A stretch of 64,000 nt of DNA from an uncultured bacterium (GTDB lineage Bacteria; SAR324; NAC60-12). The notes below the pieces were generated by a model. It did not search any database and was not told the DNA's origin. It saw nothing but the letters and a program-made list of their open reading frames with translations. Of the stretch, positions 1 through 10,022 are shown piece by piece. Positions within the stretch are counted from its first letter, which is position 1. Every line of letters begins with the position of its first letter. The DNA lies in the NCBI GenBank assembly GCA_965662235.1, contig CBFIGY010000006.1, positions 45,021 to 109,020 on the forward strand, in the 5' to 3' direction. Position numbers and translations under genes: made by a program.

Positions 1-1
1 C

Positions 2-1246
2 CAGGCGTTGCAGAACTTCTTTGAGATCGCCGACCGGAACCTCGTCAACGTCATCCTCCTCTTCCTCGTCAACGTCTCTGACTACAGCGCCGTCAGTGAC
101 GCCAACGCCCGTGACACCCGGCACCTGCGGAACTTCTTTGAGGAAACCTATCGGGTCTTCTCCGAAATGAGGACCTCCGGAACCCTTGAGGAGTCGCTGG
201 ACTTCATCCACTCGTACCTCGACAACAAAAAGAGCGACCTCGAGTTTGACACCCGCATCGACCTGCTCATCAAACGCAGCCTCCGGAATGACCTCGAACA
301 GGAACTCTTTGATCCGCTGGAGCAAACGCACCCCAAGGAACGTGACCGGCTCCGGAATTCGGAGGCCGAACTGCAGCGGCTCTGGCGGGCCCTGAAGGTG
401 GGGTCTTTAGACTCCAAGGGCATCGACGAACACACGGAGCGGATGATCCGGATGATTCGTCAGACCCTGAGCAACAAGTCGATCATGGCGCTTACGGAGT
501 CGTTCAACACGATGATCAACTGGTTCTTCACGGCCTTCCCGAACCGCTTCCTCCTGAGCGCCCCTCCGGATGTGCTGGCCCAGAACCTTTCGATCTTCCA
601 GCACATCGACCGTCCCGTTCTCGCCAACGTCCTCACCAATGCACGGGGCCGGATCACCGGACTGCTGATCTACATCCGTCTGGAAGACTCTCCGCACAGC
701 CGCGCCGCCTACGCGATCAACAAGTTCAATCTGAACGTGGATTCGGCAAAGATGAACCTCGTTCGTTTCCATGACGGCACCGAAGCCTACTGTTACTTCT
801 TCGAGGTCTCCCGGCGCGCAAGCGGTGAGATGATCTTTCCGCGGGACATTGAGTCATCAATCCTCCGCGATTCTCCGCCTCCGCTCCGGCTGCCCACCCA
901 TGAGTTCATGTACAACAACCGGGTCCAGGTGGAGTACCTGGATGATGACGAGAAGGGGTACCTAGTGGAAGAGCAGAGCTCGCAGGAGGCAGAAGCCTCC
1001 GGACGCTTCATTCGGCGCCCGGCGAATTACCTCCGGGTCAAGGTGACAGTGGAAGATGCTCCCATGGTGTACTTCAAGATGGCCCACGCCTTTGAGACGG
1101 TGAATGTCCCGGTCCGGCAGTCGCTCATCACCACGACGGGACACCAGGTGATGAACACCTTCTACATTGACCCGCAGAACCTGGACCGGTTGCAGCACTC
1201 GGATTTTGAGGAGTTGCTCCGCCACAGCCTCCACACCAGTGGCTGA
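2..1246 (+). CDS. GlnD-like protein, C-terminal part (end of HD-like region plus ACT-like domains); 5' truncated
   Basis: The frame is open from the window edge. The C-terminus LRVKVTVEDAPMVYFKMAHAF...ITTTGHQVMNTFYI resembles the last ACT domain of GlnD; LFLVNVSDYSAV resembles the end of the GlnD HD domain. Confidence 0.55.
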   Translation, partial: QALQNFFEIADRNLVNVILLFLVNVSDYSAVSDANARDTRHLRNFFEETYRVFSEMRTSGTLEESLDFIHSYLDNKKSDLEFDTRIDLLIKRSLRNDLEQELFDPLEQTHPKERDRLRNSEAELQRLWRALKVGSLDSKGIDEHTERMIRMIRQTLSNKSIMALTESFNTMINWFFTAFPNRFLLSAPPDVLAQNLSIFQHIDRPVLANVLTNARGRITGLLIYIRLEDSPHSRAAYAINKFNLNVDSAKMNLVRFHDGTEAYCYFFEVSRRASGEMIFPRDIESSILRDSPPPLRLPTHEFMYNNRVQVEYLDDDEKGYLVEEQSSQEAEASGRFIRRPANYLRVKVTVEDAPMVYFKMAHAFETVNVPVRQSLITTTGHQVMNTFYIDPQNLDRLQHSDFEELLRHSLHTSG

Positions 1247-1329
1247 AGCCGGCGACGGCAAAGGAAGCGGAAGGAAGGGGCCGGTGAGGGGCGAAACCAG
1301 GCTCACCGGTTGAGGAAGGGGGTCGTGGT

Positions 1330-1935
1330 TTAGGCGCGAGTCGCCGTTACCAGAAAGAGGGGGTACGAGCTTCCGTCCTCGCGCTCGACGACGTGGGGCG
1401 TTTGAAAGTCGATGTCGGTGAAGCCACTGTGCCTGAGCAGCTCTTGCAGGTGGCTGCGGTCAAAACCGAAGTGAAAGACTCCGTCGTTGCCCTGCTGGTG
1501 AAAGCTTCCGTCTTCGCGGTCTAGGTCCGCTAGGGCGACCTGACCGCCAGGCTTCAGGTGGTCGGCAAAGCACTGAAAGAGCTGGGCGGTGTCTTCAACG
1601 TGATGCAGCGCCATGGCGCTCATGATCAGGTCAAAGGACCGGGAGAGCGGCTGCTCCAAAATGTCCTGACAGACCGGCTCCACCTTTCCCTGTAGCTCAG
1701 GCTTCTCCTTGAGCTTCTCCAGCATTGCTGCCGAGACATCAACAGCGACAATCTGAGAGACCTTTGGCGCGACGTGCGAACTGATGAGGCCGGTTCCGGC
1801 CCCAAAGTCCATCACCTCCATGTCGGCACGGAGCGGAACACGCTCCAACAACTGGGCGCTGACGGCCCCGGAAATTTTTTGGATGGGGGTTTGGGAATCC
1901 CAGTCCTGGGCTTTTTCAGAAAATAGATCGGGCAT
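1330..1935 (-). CDS. Class I SAM-dependent methyltransferase
   Basis: VMDFGAGTG motif I and SAMALHHV motif; ATG at 1935 (MPDLF). Confidence 0.85.
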   Translation of the reverse strand: MPDLFSEKAQDWDSQTPIQKISGAVSAQLLERVPLRADMEVMDFGAGTGLISSHVAPKVSQIVAVDVSAAMLEKLKEKPELQGKVEPVCQDILEQPLSRSFDLIMSAMALHHVEDTAQLFQCFADHLKPGGQVALADLDREDGSFHQQGNDGVFHFGFDRSHLQELLRHSGFTDIDFQTPHVVEREDGSSYPLFLVTATRA

Positions 1936-1999
1936 CCTAACTTTCTTGATCAAGGAACAAACGCGGGACTTTTTAGGGTAGCAGATGTTTCGGGTCGTC

Positions 2000-3400
2000 T
2001 CACGCCGGAAGCAACTTTCCGGGGTTGAGGAGGTTCAGGGGATCCAGGGCTTGCTTGATCTGGCGCATCAGTTCAATCGACTCACCGTGCTCAGCGTGCA
2101 TGTAGCGGATCTTTCCGGAACCGATGCCATGTTCGCCGGTGCAGGTCCCCCCCATCCGCAGGGCTCGTTCGATCAACCGGTCGTTCAGCACCTGAAACTG
2201 CCGCAGGTCCTCAGCCTCGTTTTCCGGGTCCACTAGGAACAGCAGGTGGAAGTTTCCATCACCGACGTGTCCGACAATCGGCACCATCAGTCCGGCTTCA
2301 TCAATGTCCTTGCGTGTTTCCAGAATGCAGTCGGCCAGCCGGGAGATGGGAACACAGACATCCGTTGGCCAACCCTTGGAGCCCGGCTTCAGGGCCAGGC
2401 TGGCGTAGAGGGCATTGTGTCGGGCCTCCCAGAGCTTCTGCCGGTCCTGTTCCTGGGTGGCCCAGCGGAAGTCTCCTCCTCCGTGCTCTGCGGCAATCTC
2501 GCCGACAATTTCCGCTTGTTCCGCAACCCAGCGTTCGGTGCCGTGGAACTCAAAGAAGAGGGTTGGCTGCTCAGGGTAGTCGAGCTGAGAAAACTGGTTC
2601 AGGGCGCGCATCTGTACTTCATCCAGCAACTCAATGCGCGCCACCGGAATGCCCATTTGAATGACAGGAATGACGGTATTGACCGCGCCGGCGAGGGTGT
2701 CAAAGGAGCACACGGCTGCCGAAATTGCCTCGGGAATGCCATGCAACCGAAGCTGGACTTCGGTGATGATGCCCAGGGTGCCCTCTGAGCCCACCATCAG
2801 GCGGGTCAAATCGTATCCGGACGAGGACTTGCGCGAGCGGGTTCCGGTTTTCAGGATCCGGCCTTCGGCGTTCACCACGGTGAGTCCGAGCACGTTCTCC
2901 CGCATGGTTCCGTACCGTACCGCGTTGGTGCCAGACGCCCGGGTTGCAGCCATGCCTCCGAGCGACGCATCGGCTCCCGGGTCAATGGGGAAAAACAGTC
3001 CGGTCTGCCGGAGGTGCTGGTTGAGCTGCTTGCGAGTGACTCCGGCCTGCACACGGCAGTCGAGGTCGTCGGTGTTGACCTCAAGGACCTGATTCATCTG
3101 CGAAAGGTCCAGGCTGATGCCTCCTTTGACCGCGGCCACGTGTCCTTCCAGCGAGGTGCCCGTGCCAAAGGGAATGATTGGGCACTGATGCCGGACACAG
3201 ATCCGGACGATCTCAGCGACCTCTTCATTGGAATGCGCAAACGCAACGGCGTCTGGAGGCATGGGATGATGAAACGATTCATCCCGTCCGTGCTGCTCCC
3301 GGGTTGCCTCAGCTGTTGAGAGGCGGTCACCGAGCAGCGTTTGCAGGTTCTGTAGGCAGGCGTCTAGGTGAGGAAGCGTGGTGGTTTGGGGCAAGGCCAT
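2000..3400 (-). CDS. FAD-linked oxidase, D-lactate dehydrogenase/GlcD family
   Basis: PFGTGTSLEGH, IDPGADASLGGM, GSEGTLGIITE, GHVGDGNFH and TGEHGIG motifs. Confidence 0.9.
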   Translation of the reverse strand: MALPQTTTLPHLDACLQNLQTLLGDRLSTAEATREQHGRDESFHHPMPPDAVAFAHSNEEVAEIVRICVRHQCPIIPFGTGTSLEGHVAAVKGGISLDLSQMNQVLEVNTDDLDCRVQAGVTRKQLNQHLRQTGLFFPIDPGADASLGGMAATRASGTNAVRYGTMRENVLGLTVVNAEGRILKTGTRSRKSSSGYDLTRLMVGSEGTLGIITEVQLRLHGIPEAISAAVCSFDTLAGAVNTVIPVIQMGIPVARIELLDEVQMRALNQFSQLDYPEQPTLFFEFHGTERWVAEQAEIVGEIAAEHGGGDFRWATQEQDRQKLWEARHNALYASLALKPGSKGWPTDVCVPISRLADCILETRKDIDEAGLMVPIVGHVGDGNFHLLFLVDPENEAEDLRQFQVLNDRLIERALRMGGTCTGEHGIGSGKIRYMHAEHGESIELMRQIKQALDPLNLLNPGKLLPA

Positions 3401-3606
3401 GGTTTTTCTCCGACAGGGTCAATGAAGTAGAGGACCGCTTGAGGGCGTGTTTGCTGCCGTCACCTTAGCAGGACGCTGCTGCAGGCGTAAGCATTTTCGT
3501 CGCCCTCCTGCAATCGGGTTTCTTCAGAGGCAGGCACAGGAGTTGCTGAGGTTTCTTTAAACCCGGGGAAACCCTTCTCAACTTGATGACAGACGCTGAA
3601 ACGACG

Positions 3607-4188
3607 ATGAACTTTCGAGGACACCTCAATGGGGGCATTGCTGCAGGAACGGTCACCGTGGCCGTGGCCATTTCGACCCAATACGTGACCCTGCAGCCCG
3701 ATTCCTTTCAGCGCTTCCTGGGAGCGCCGCTGCACTGGGAGGGGGAAATTCAGACGCTGGTGGGGCTCTTCTTGACCACCGTCTTCATGGCTCTGTTTCC
3801 GGACCTAGACACCACTTCGGTGCCCCAGAAGTGGTTCTTCCGGATCATGTTTGTCTGCATGGCCGTGCTCTTCTTCAACCAGGAGATCGAGCTGTTTGCC
3901 ATCTGCGCCTTTGCGTCTCTGCTCCCGGTGATGCACAAGCACCGTGGCTGGACCCACTGGAAGCTCACCCCGTGGCTGATGGCGATCTTCTTTGCGGTGA
4001 TCTTTGAGTACTTCCGGATTCAGGAGGCATGGCTGACCGAATTTTCTTGGCAGAAGGTGTGGCTGTTTCTGAACCACTTCTGGATGTACGTGTTTGCGTG
4101 CGTGCTGGGGCACTACACCCACTTGCTGCTGGACTCCCGGAAGCTTCGTTGGCTCCCATTCATCCGCAACCGCTCCGGGCATCACTAG
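3607..4188 (+). CDS. Membrane-bound metal-dependent hydrolase (YdjM/DUF457-like)
   Basis: MNFRGH start, LFPDLD, HRGWTH and HLLLD motifs, several TM segments. Confidence 0.8.
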   Translation: MNFRGHLNGGIAAGTVTVAVAISTQYVTLQPDSFQRFLGAPLHWEGEIQTLVGLFLTTVFMALFPDLDTTSVPQKWFFRIMFVCMAVLFFNQEIELFAICAFASLLPVMHKHRGWTHWKLTPWLMAIFFAVIFEYFRIQEAWLTEFSWQKVWLFLNHFWMYVFACVLGHYTHLLLDSRKLRWLPFIRNRSGHH

Positions 4189-5213
4189 GACCGCAGCGCC
4201 GGGATCTCCTCCGGAAGCAGACTCGTCATGCAGCGTAGCGACTGAGGGTGAGAGCACGTGCCGCGGCCATCTCGGGAGCAGGGGCGGCACATGAGGGGCA
4301 AGGACGTTTCCAGCACCTGACTGTCTGGAAGAAAGGGCGCGTAGCCAAATTCACGGACCGTTGGGCCAAAGAGGACATGAGCAGGGGTGCCCATTGCTTC
4401 GGCCAGGTGCGCAATCGACGTGTCGTTGCACAGCACCCACTGCGCCTGTTCCAGTAGCGCGGCCGACTCCAGAAGGCTCAGCTGCCCTGCAAGGTTGACC
4501 ACTCCAGTTCCAACTCGACGCTGCAGCAACTCCGGCTCAACCTCTCCGGGTCCTCCCACGAGGACCACCTGCCACCCCACCTCGGTCCAGTTCCGGATCA
4601 CCTGCTCAAAGTACTCCACCGGCCAGCGTTTCAGCTCATACGAAGCTCCGGGGCCCACGGCAACAAACTGCTTAGGCGCCAAGTCGTGTTCCTTCAACAC
4701 AGCGGCCACCTTGGCCCGATCGGCTGCTGACGGAAACAGTTCGGTGTGAGCGTCTAGCTCGTGCCCTTGATGCCGGACCAATGGCTGCAGCCACTGTTCC
4801 CGTTGAGAGCGGGCGCCCTTGAGCCAGTTCATCTGCAACCGAATCAGCAGGGTGCGGCGCAGGGTCCGTTTGTTGATCCGCCAGACTTCCGGAGACCGTC
4901 CTGAGGCCTGCAGCATCAGCGACACCCAGCGGCTCCTCAAGGAGGCATGCAGGTCGTAGATCAGGTCGAACCGTTCCTGCTGGAGCCACTCCAGCAGCGC
5001 TTGCCGGTCTGCAGGGTGCTCCTTGCGGGGGTGGTAGTGGATTTCGTCTAGGTGTGGGTTGTTGGCCAGAACCTCTCCAAAGCCGACGCTCGTCAGCAGC
5101 GTCAGCCGTGCATCTGGGAAGCACCGGCGCAATTCACGGTAGACTGGTGTGGTCAGAACGAGGTCGCCCAGCGAGCTGAAGCGGATGATCAGGATGTTCT
5201 GAAAGGCGGCCAT
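4185..5213 (-). CDS. Glycosyltransferase family 9 (LPS heptosyltransferase-like)
   Basis: ILIIRFSSLGDLVLTTP, KRWP and NDTSIAHLAEA motifs; likely ATG at 5213. Confidence 0.9.
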   Translation of the reverse strand: MAAFQNILIIRFSSLGDLVLTTPVYRELRRCFPDARLTLLTSVGFGEVLANNPHLDEIHYHPRKEHPADRQALLEWLQQERFDLIYDLHASLRSRWVSLMLQASGRSPEVWRINKRTLRRTLLIRLQMNWLKGARSQREQWLQPLVRHQGHELDAHTELFPSAADRAKVAAVLKEHDLAPKQFVAVGPGASYELKRWPVEYFEQVIRNWTEVGWQVVLVGGPGEVEPELLQRRVGTGVVNLAGQLSLLESAALLEQAQWVLCNDTSIAHLAEAMGTPAHVLFGPTVREFGYAPFLPDSQVLETSLPLMCRPCSRDGRGTCSHPQSLRCMTSLLPEEIPALRS

Positions 5214-5217
5214 CGAC

Positions 5218-5796
5218 TTAAGCGGAGAGGAGGTGTGAGACGGCGTCTGCAAGGTCTTCTGCCCAGAAGAGCGGTTCTGTGGCAAAGGCCTGGTCGTGCC
5301 CGGCGTGTCCGGTCCGGACGCCAATGGACGGGCATCCAAAGCGCCGGGCGGCTTCAAAGTCAGAGGTCTTGTCTCCAATCAGAACCCATGCTTCCGGAGG
5401 CAGTTGAGCAGCAGCAGCGGCTTGTTCTAGCAGTCCGGGTTCTGGCTTGCGGCACCCGCAGGGCTGAGGCTCGCTTCGTCGGGCGCCATCTTCCCAGTCC
5501 GGATGGTGCGGACAGAAGTAGAAGCCATTCACCCGGCCTTGGACGATCGCGAGGTCCTGATCCATCTGGTCCGTGATGGCCTGCAGTCCCTCTAGGCTGA
5601 GCTTCCCTCGTGCAATTGCCGCTTGGTTGGTGACAACCGCGACCCACAGTCCTGCGGCCGTGAGCCGAGCGAGAGCCTCCGCGCTTCCTGGAATCCACTT
5701 GAAGGCTTCCGGAGTCAGAGGCGGGCCGGGTTCTTGGTTCAGTACCCCGTCACGGTCGAGGAGGACGCCTTGCAGGCGAGAGCGGTCAAGAGGCAT
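5218..5796 (-). CDS. gmhB: D-glycero-D-manno-heptose-1,7-bisphosphate phosphatase
   Basis: HAD motif LDRDGVLN, VTNQ, CPHHP...CGCRKPEPG, IGDKTSD; next to a GT9 gene. Confidence 0.88.
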   Translation of the reverse strand: MPLDRSRLQGVLLDRDGVLNQEPGPPLTPEAFKWIPGSAEALARLTAAGLWVAVVTNQAAIARGKLSLEGLQAITDQMDQDLAIVQGRVNGFYFCPHHPDWEDGARRSEPQPCGCRKPEPGLLEQAAAAAQLPPEAWVLIGDKTSDFEAARRFGCPSIGVRTGHAGHDQAFATEPLFWAEDLADAVSHLLSA

Positions 5797-6961
5797 GCTT
5801 TTCTTCCAAGCGGGTGGCACGTTCGGTCGCTGAGAGCTTTCCCAGCTCACGGACCTGTTCATAAAAACGATCCCAGTCGCCTCCGGACTCTGCAAAAATC
5901 GCCTCAAAGGCGGCGACTCGGTTGTGGTAACGGGCGACTCCCAGCAGGTGGGCGTGGTTGAGGTCCTGGGCAAACCAGTTGTCGTAAGAGAGGACCTGAA
6001 AGGTTTCCCGCTCTGCGGCGTACGCCTGCTTCAGCTCGGCGAGAATCCGTTGCTTCTCCTGCTGCTTGTCGGCATCAGACGTCGCCTGCTCATAGCGCTG
6101 CTGGAGTTCGGTGAGGGCGTTACGGATCAGTTCCCGGAAGCGAGCCCGCTCCTGCTGGGCCTGCTGGTAGCGTTCCCACACGTCGCTCCCATAGTCGGGG
6201 TGCGTCTCAAGGAACCGCCGGACCCCTTCCTGCTCCACAAACACGGCAAACGATTCATTGAAGGAGGTGTCGTCTTGCACGTAAAGCACCTGGTGCGCCA
6301 TCTCGTGAATGAGAGTTGCTATGACAACTTCTGTTCGCTGCTCCAGGAAGGTACTGAGGATGGGGTCGGAGAAGAAGTCGGGGATCAGCGGACCATTCAG
6401 CCACCCCAGTGTGGAGTAGGCGGTGGCGTACCCGACAGCCACGTCCAGAGACTCGGTCTGGGCCAGCTCCTGCGCATAAGCCTGTGCTTCCGCTTCATCG
6501 AAGTAACCCCGGTACTCTTGGCACCCGATCAGCAGGTAGCACCAGCGGTACGCTTTCAGCTCCAGTGGCTGGGCAGCCGTGACCACCGCGGTTGCGTAGG
6601 GACGGTTCAGCTTGACGTAGCCGGTGTAGCCCGCCCGTTCTGGGAGCTTCAACTCGTCGATGGCAAAGGTCCGAACGGACTGAACCAGACGCAGGCGTTT
6701 CTTCAGTTCAGGATCGGTTTCCGGGTCTGCGAGGAGGACTTCAATGGACTGCTTTTCCTGAAGCAGGTTCAGGTGTCCGGATGCGGCTTGCCAGTAGTAA
6801 CTGACCTGTGAGCAGCCTGCCAGGAGCCAGGTGAGGCTGAGCAGCAGCCATAGCTCTGGAGAACGCCACGCGACGAGACGGGAGGGCAGACGGTCTGGGA
6901 GCCGTAAGCGACCGGAGGACCAAGATGGAGAGTTCGCCAAAACGGCTGGACACTTCACCAT
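5786..6961 (-). CDS. Predicted zinc aminopeptidase lipoprotein (DUF2265-like); start uncertain
   Basis: Lipobox LLAGC, YRGYF, AYSTLGW and IHEMAHQ...FNESFA zincin motif. Confidence 0.8.
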   Translation of the reverse strand: MVKCPAVLANSPSWSSGRLRLPDRLPSRLVAWRSPELWLLLSLTWLLAGCSQVSYYWQAASGHLNLLQEKQSIEVLLADPETDPELKKRLRLVQSVRTFAIDELKLPERAGYTGYVKLNRPYATAVVTAAQPLELKAYRWCYLLIGCQEYRGYFDEAEAQAYAQELAQTESLDVAVGYATAYSTLGWLNGPLIPDFFSDPILSTFLEQRTEVVIATLIHEMAHQVLYVQDDTSFNESFAVFVEQEGVRRFLETHPDYGSDVWERYQQAQQERARFRELIRNALTELQQRYEQATSDADKQQEKQRILAELKQAYAAERETFQVLSYDNWFAQDLNHAHLLGVARYHNRVAAFEAIFAESGGDWDRFYEQVRELGKLSATERATRLEEKHAS

Positions 6962-7036
6962 GAACTTCTGACAATGGTGGTTTACCCGTTGTTGCTGGAC
7001 TGTGGGATTCCGGGGGTGCTGGAAGCAGGGAGGCAA

Positions 7037-7112
7037 TGGAGCGAGAAACGGGGTTCGAACCCGCGACCTCAACCTTGGCAAGGTTGCGCTCTACCAGCTG
7101 AGCTATTCTCGC
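7037..7112 (-). tRNA. tRNA-Gly (GCC)
   Basis: Reverse complement GCGAGAATAGCTCAGCTGGTAGAGCGCAACCTTGCCAAGGTTGAGGTCGCGGGTTCGAACCCCGTTTCTCGCTCCA: 76 nt cloverleaf, anticodon GCC, encoded CCA. Confidence 0.98.
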
Positions 7113-7125
7113 TGAGGAAAATCCT

Positions 7126-7153
7126 ATGTTACTCAATCCAGATTGAGAGTCAA
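7126..7153 (-). promoter_or_regulatory. Putative sigma70 promoter of tRNA-Gly with palindromic spacer
   Basis: TTGACT-N16-TAACAT on the minus strand just upstream of the tRNA; the spacer is the inverted repeat CTCAATC-N2-GATTGAG. Confidence 0.55.
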
Positions 7154-7269
7154 CCCCTTTTTTCGCATGTTCTTTGGTTGAGGCACGCACGCTATTTGCA
7201 CATCCGTGCTCAGCCATAAGACGGCACCGGCTCTTGGGTGCCTGAACCTCCTACGCACGCGCATCGTCT

Positions 7270-9153
7270 ATGAACTTCTTCTGTGTTTCCTCTCGCTGGA
7301 CGTCTGGTCTGCTGGCTGGACTTCTGCTGCTGGCTCATTCAGCCTTCGCCAATGAGGGTCCTCGGATTCCACCGGACATGGTGGTCAAGGAATTCCCCAT
7401 TCATGTCGACAAGCGTGCTGCCAGCCTCATCAAGCTGTACACCACCAAGAAGCGGGACCAGATTGCCAAGGGCATTCAGCGCTCCGGGCGCTACCTGCCG
7501 ATGATCCGGCGCGAGCTGCGAGACGCCGGACTGCCTCTGGATCTGGCATACATGGTTGCTGCTGAAAGCAACTTCAACCTCAAGGCCCGCTCCCACATGA
7601 ACGCCGTGGGCCTGTGGCAGTTCATTGCCCCAACGGGCCGACGGTACGGCCTGCGGATTGACGATTGGGTAGACGAACGCCGTGATCCGATCAAGGCCAC
7701 CCGGGCAGCAATTTCCTACCTCTCTGACCTGTACGTCCGGTTTGAGGACTGGGAACTGGCCATGGCTGGGTACAACGCAGGAGAAAATCGGGTGGAGCGG
7801 GCGATCCGTTACAACAAGCAGCGGAACCGAAAGACCGACTACCGCTCCTTGCGACTGCCTCGAGAGACGCGTGGGTACGTTCCCTCGATCATGGCGCTGG
7901 CGATGATTCACCGCAACCCAAGTGCTCACGGATTCAGCTGGATCCGCTTGGATCCGCCTATGGATGAGGCACAGGTGGCCCTGCCCGTCAGCTACTCCTT
8001 GGAAGAAGTCGCTGAGCGCGTCGGCATGCCATTCGATGACTTCAAGCTCATCAACTCCAAGTACTTCCGGAGCACCCCACCGCTCACAGACGACAAGTAC
8101 ACCGTTTACCTGCCGAAGGTGCACCACGAAAAGCTGCTGGAGTCGCTCCGGCAGGCTCCGGAACCGTCTTTGGACTGGATTTCCGCCTACTCCAATCACT
8201 TGGGCAACTCCAGTTCTGTCACCCGCCTGTTGCAAAAGCACGGCGCCGTGCGTTACATCCGGGTCCGCTCAGGGGACAACCTTTGGGACCTGGCCCGCAA
8301 GCACAACACCACGGTCCGGCGCTTGGCAACATGGAATGGTCTCCGAACCAACTCCATGCTCCGGATCAACCAGCGGCTGAAGCTTTACATTCCCACCTGG
8401 GATGTGGTCCGCGAAGTCGCCAAGATGGATTCCGGGAAGTCTGCTCCTCCGAAGTCTCGGCTGGTGGCGTCTAAGTCTCCACTTGAAGTGAAGGTTCCTG
8501 CCGGTGTCACCTTAGAAGACTTGGGTCGCCGCTACAACATCAGCCCCTCCCAACTGCGTGACCTGAATCAGCTTCAGCCAGGAGAGCAGGTCCGTGCAGG
8601 GCAAAAACTGGTGGTCGGCCAGCACGTGGTCCGGACCCGCAAGATCCGAGTGCCTCGGGGAGCAACCCTTTCCGGACTGGCTCAGCGCTACCGGACCTCG
8701 GTTTCTCGGCTGATGGAGTGGAATGGCTTCTCCAGTGCCCGGGACCTGAAGGCTGGACAGAACCTCATTGTGGCTCAGTCCCTGGTTCCGGCGACCTATG
8801 CGCGCAAAGCTGACGGTTACCAGACCATCCGGGTTCCGCGCAACGCGACGCTCTCTGAGCTGGCGATGCGACACAAGGTCAGTGTTTCTCAGCTGCTTGC
8901 CTGGAACAACCTCGATCACCCCCGTCAGCTGAAAGCCGGGCAGAGCCTCATTGTTGGGGAGCGCCGGTTGGGACGTCCTGCAGCCACTCCGGGACACATC
9001 ACCATTCGTGTCCAGCGAGGCGATACGCTCTGGCAGTTGGCCCGTAAGTACCGGACGTCCGTCCAGAACCTCGTTGCTCTGAACGACCTCAAGGCCGGAC
9101 GCCCCATCCAGCCGAACCAGAAACTGATTGTCCCCTCCCGCGACGAATCCTAA
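7270..9153 (+). CDS. mltD: MltD-like lytic murein transglycosylase with multiple LysM domains
   Basis: Signal peptide; SLT motifs AESNFN, AVGLWQF, AGYNAGE, PRETRGYVP; about five LysM repeats. Confidence 0.88.
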   Translation: MNFFCVSSRWTSGLLAGLLLLAHSAFANEGPRIPPDMVVKEFPIHVDKRAASLIKLYTTKKRDQIAKGIQRSGRYLPMIRRELRDAGLPLDLAYMVAAESNFNLKARSHMNAVGLWQFIAPTGRRYGLRIDDWVDERRDPIKATRAAISYLSDLYVRFEDWELAMAGYNAGENRVERAIRYNKQRNRKTDYRSLRLPRETRGYVPSIMALAMIHRNPSAHGFSWIRLDPPMDEAQVALPVSYSLEEVAERVGMPFDDFKLINSKYFRSTPPLTDDKYTVYLPKVHHEKLLESLRQAPEPSLDWISAYSNHLGNSSSVTRLLQKHGAVRYIRVRSGDNLWDLARKHNTTVRRLATWNGLRTNSMLRINQRLKLYIPTWDVVREVAKMDSGKSAPPKSRLVASKSPLEVKVPAGVTLEDLGRRYNISPSQLRDLNQLQPGEQVRAGQKLVVGQHVVRTRKIRVPRGATLSGLAQRYRTSVSRLMEWNGFSSARDLKAGQNLIVAQSLVPATYARKADGYQTIRVPRNATLSELAMRHKVSVSQLLAWNNLDHPRQLKAGQSLIVGERRLGRPAATPGHITIRVQRGDTLWQLARKYRTSVQNLVALNDLKAGRPIQPNQKLIVPSRDES

Positions 9154-9164
9154 GAGTTTCCCTC

Positions 9165-10022
9165 GTGCAAACCATCAGTGAAAAGAAGGCGCTTCTTCTG
9201 GAGGCGCTTCCTTATATCCAACGCTTCCACCAGAAGATCGTCGTCATCAAGTACGGTGGCGCCGCCATGATTGATCCTGAACTGAAGAAGAGCTTTGCTC
9301 AGGATGTGGTCCTCTTGCAGTCCCTGGGCATGCGTCCCGTTGTGGTTCACGGCGGTGGCCCAGAGGTTTCTCGGGCGATGCAGCAGATGGGACAGGAAGT
9401 GGAGTTTGTCGACGGCCTCCGGGTCACCAGTGCCGACAACCTTCGGGTGGCTGAGATGGTTCTCTCCGGAAACATCAATAAGGAGATCATTGCGAACCTC
9501 ACGACTTTCGGAGGAAAGGCGGTTGGGCTCAGTGGAAAGGACGGTCACCTGATTGACGCCCGCAAAAAGATTACCCCGACCGGTCAGGATCTGGGGTACG
9601 TCGGAGATGTGGTTCAGACGAATCCGGAGCTGCTGGAGGTCCTTCTTGGGCGTGGCTTCCTTCCGGTTGTTTCTCCCATTGGCATGGGCAAGGACGGGAC
9701 CACGTACAACATCAACGCCGACACCGTGGCATCTCGGATTGCCGTTGCCCTGAAGGCCTACCGCATCATCTTCATGACGGACGTCGATGGCATCCTCAAG
9801 GAGAATGAGCTGCAGTCAGAGCTGACTGTTGATCAAACGGAACAGATGATTGAAGAGGGAATCATTCGAGGGGGGATGGCTCCCAAGGTGGAAGCCCTGC
9901 TGTACTGTGTCCGGAACGGGGTCCAGTCCGCGCAGATCATCAACGGGACGGACCCTCATTCGGTGCTTGCGGAACTCTTTACCGATCAAGGAATCGGTAC
10001 CAAGATCATCACTCATGCCTGA
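9165..10022 (+). CDS. argB: Acetylglutamate kinase
   Basis: LEALPYI, VIKYGGAAM, VHGGGP, GLRVT, NINAD motifs. Confidence 0.97.
   Translation: MQTISEKKALLLEALPYIQRFHQKIVVIKYGGAAMIDPELKKSFAQDVVLLQSLGMRPVVVHGGGPEVSRAMQQMGQEVEFVDGLRVTSADNLRVAEMVLSGNINKEIIANLTTFGGKAVGLSGKDGHLIDARKKITPTGQDLGYVGDVVQTNPELLEVLLGRGFLPVVSPIGMGKDGTTYNINADTVASRIAVALKAYRIIFMTDVDGILKENELQSELTVDQTEQMIEEGIIRGGMAPKVEALLYCVRNGVQSAQIINGTDPHSVLAELFTDQGIGTKIITHA

Noticed and set aside
6962..7081. N-terminal extension of the aminopeptidase ORF and the 158-aa ORF 6741-7217
   Set aside because: Both run through the tRNA-Gly gene and are translation artefacts.
7037..7112. tRNA-Gly as an integration site for an island
   Set aside because: No integrase nearby, no duplicated tRNA 3' end seen, and the flanking genes are housekeeping.
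8250..9140. Repeated sequence units in the mltD-like gene
   Set aside because: Explained by tandem LysM domains; not a CRISPR or mobile repeat.
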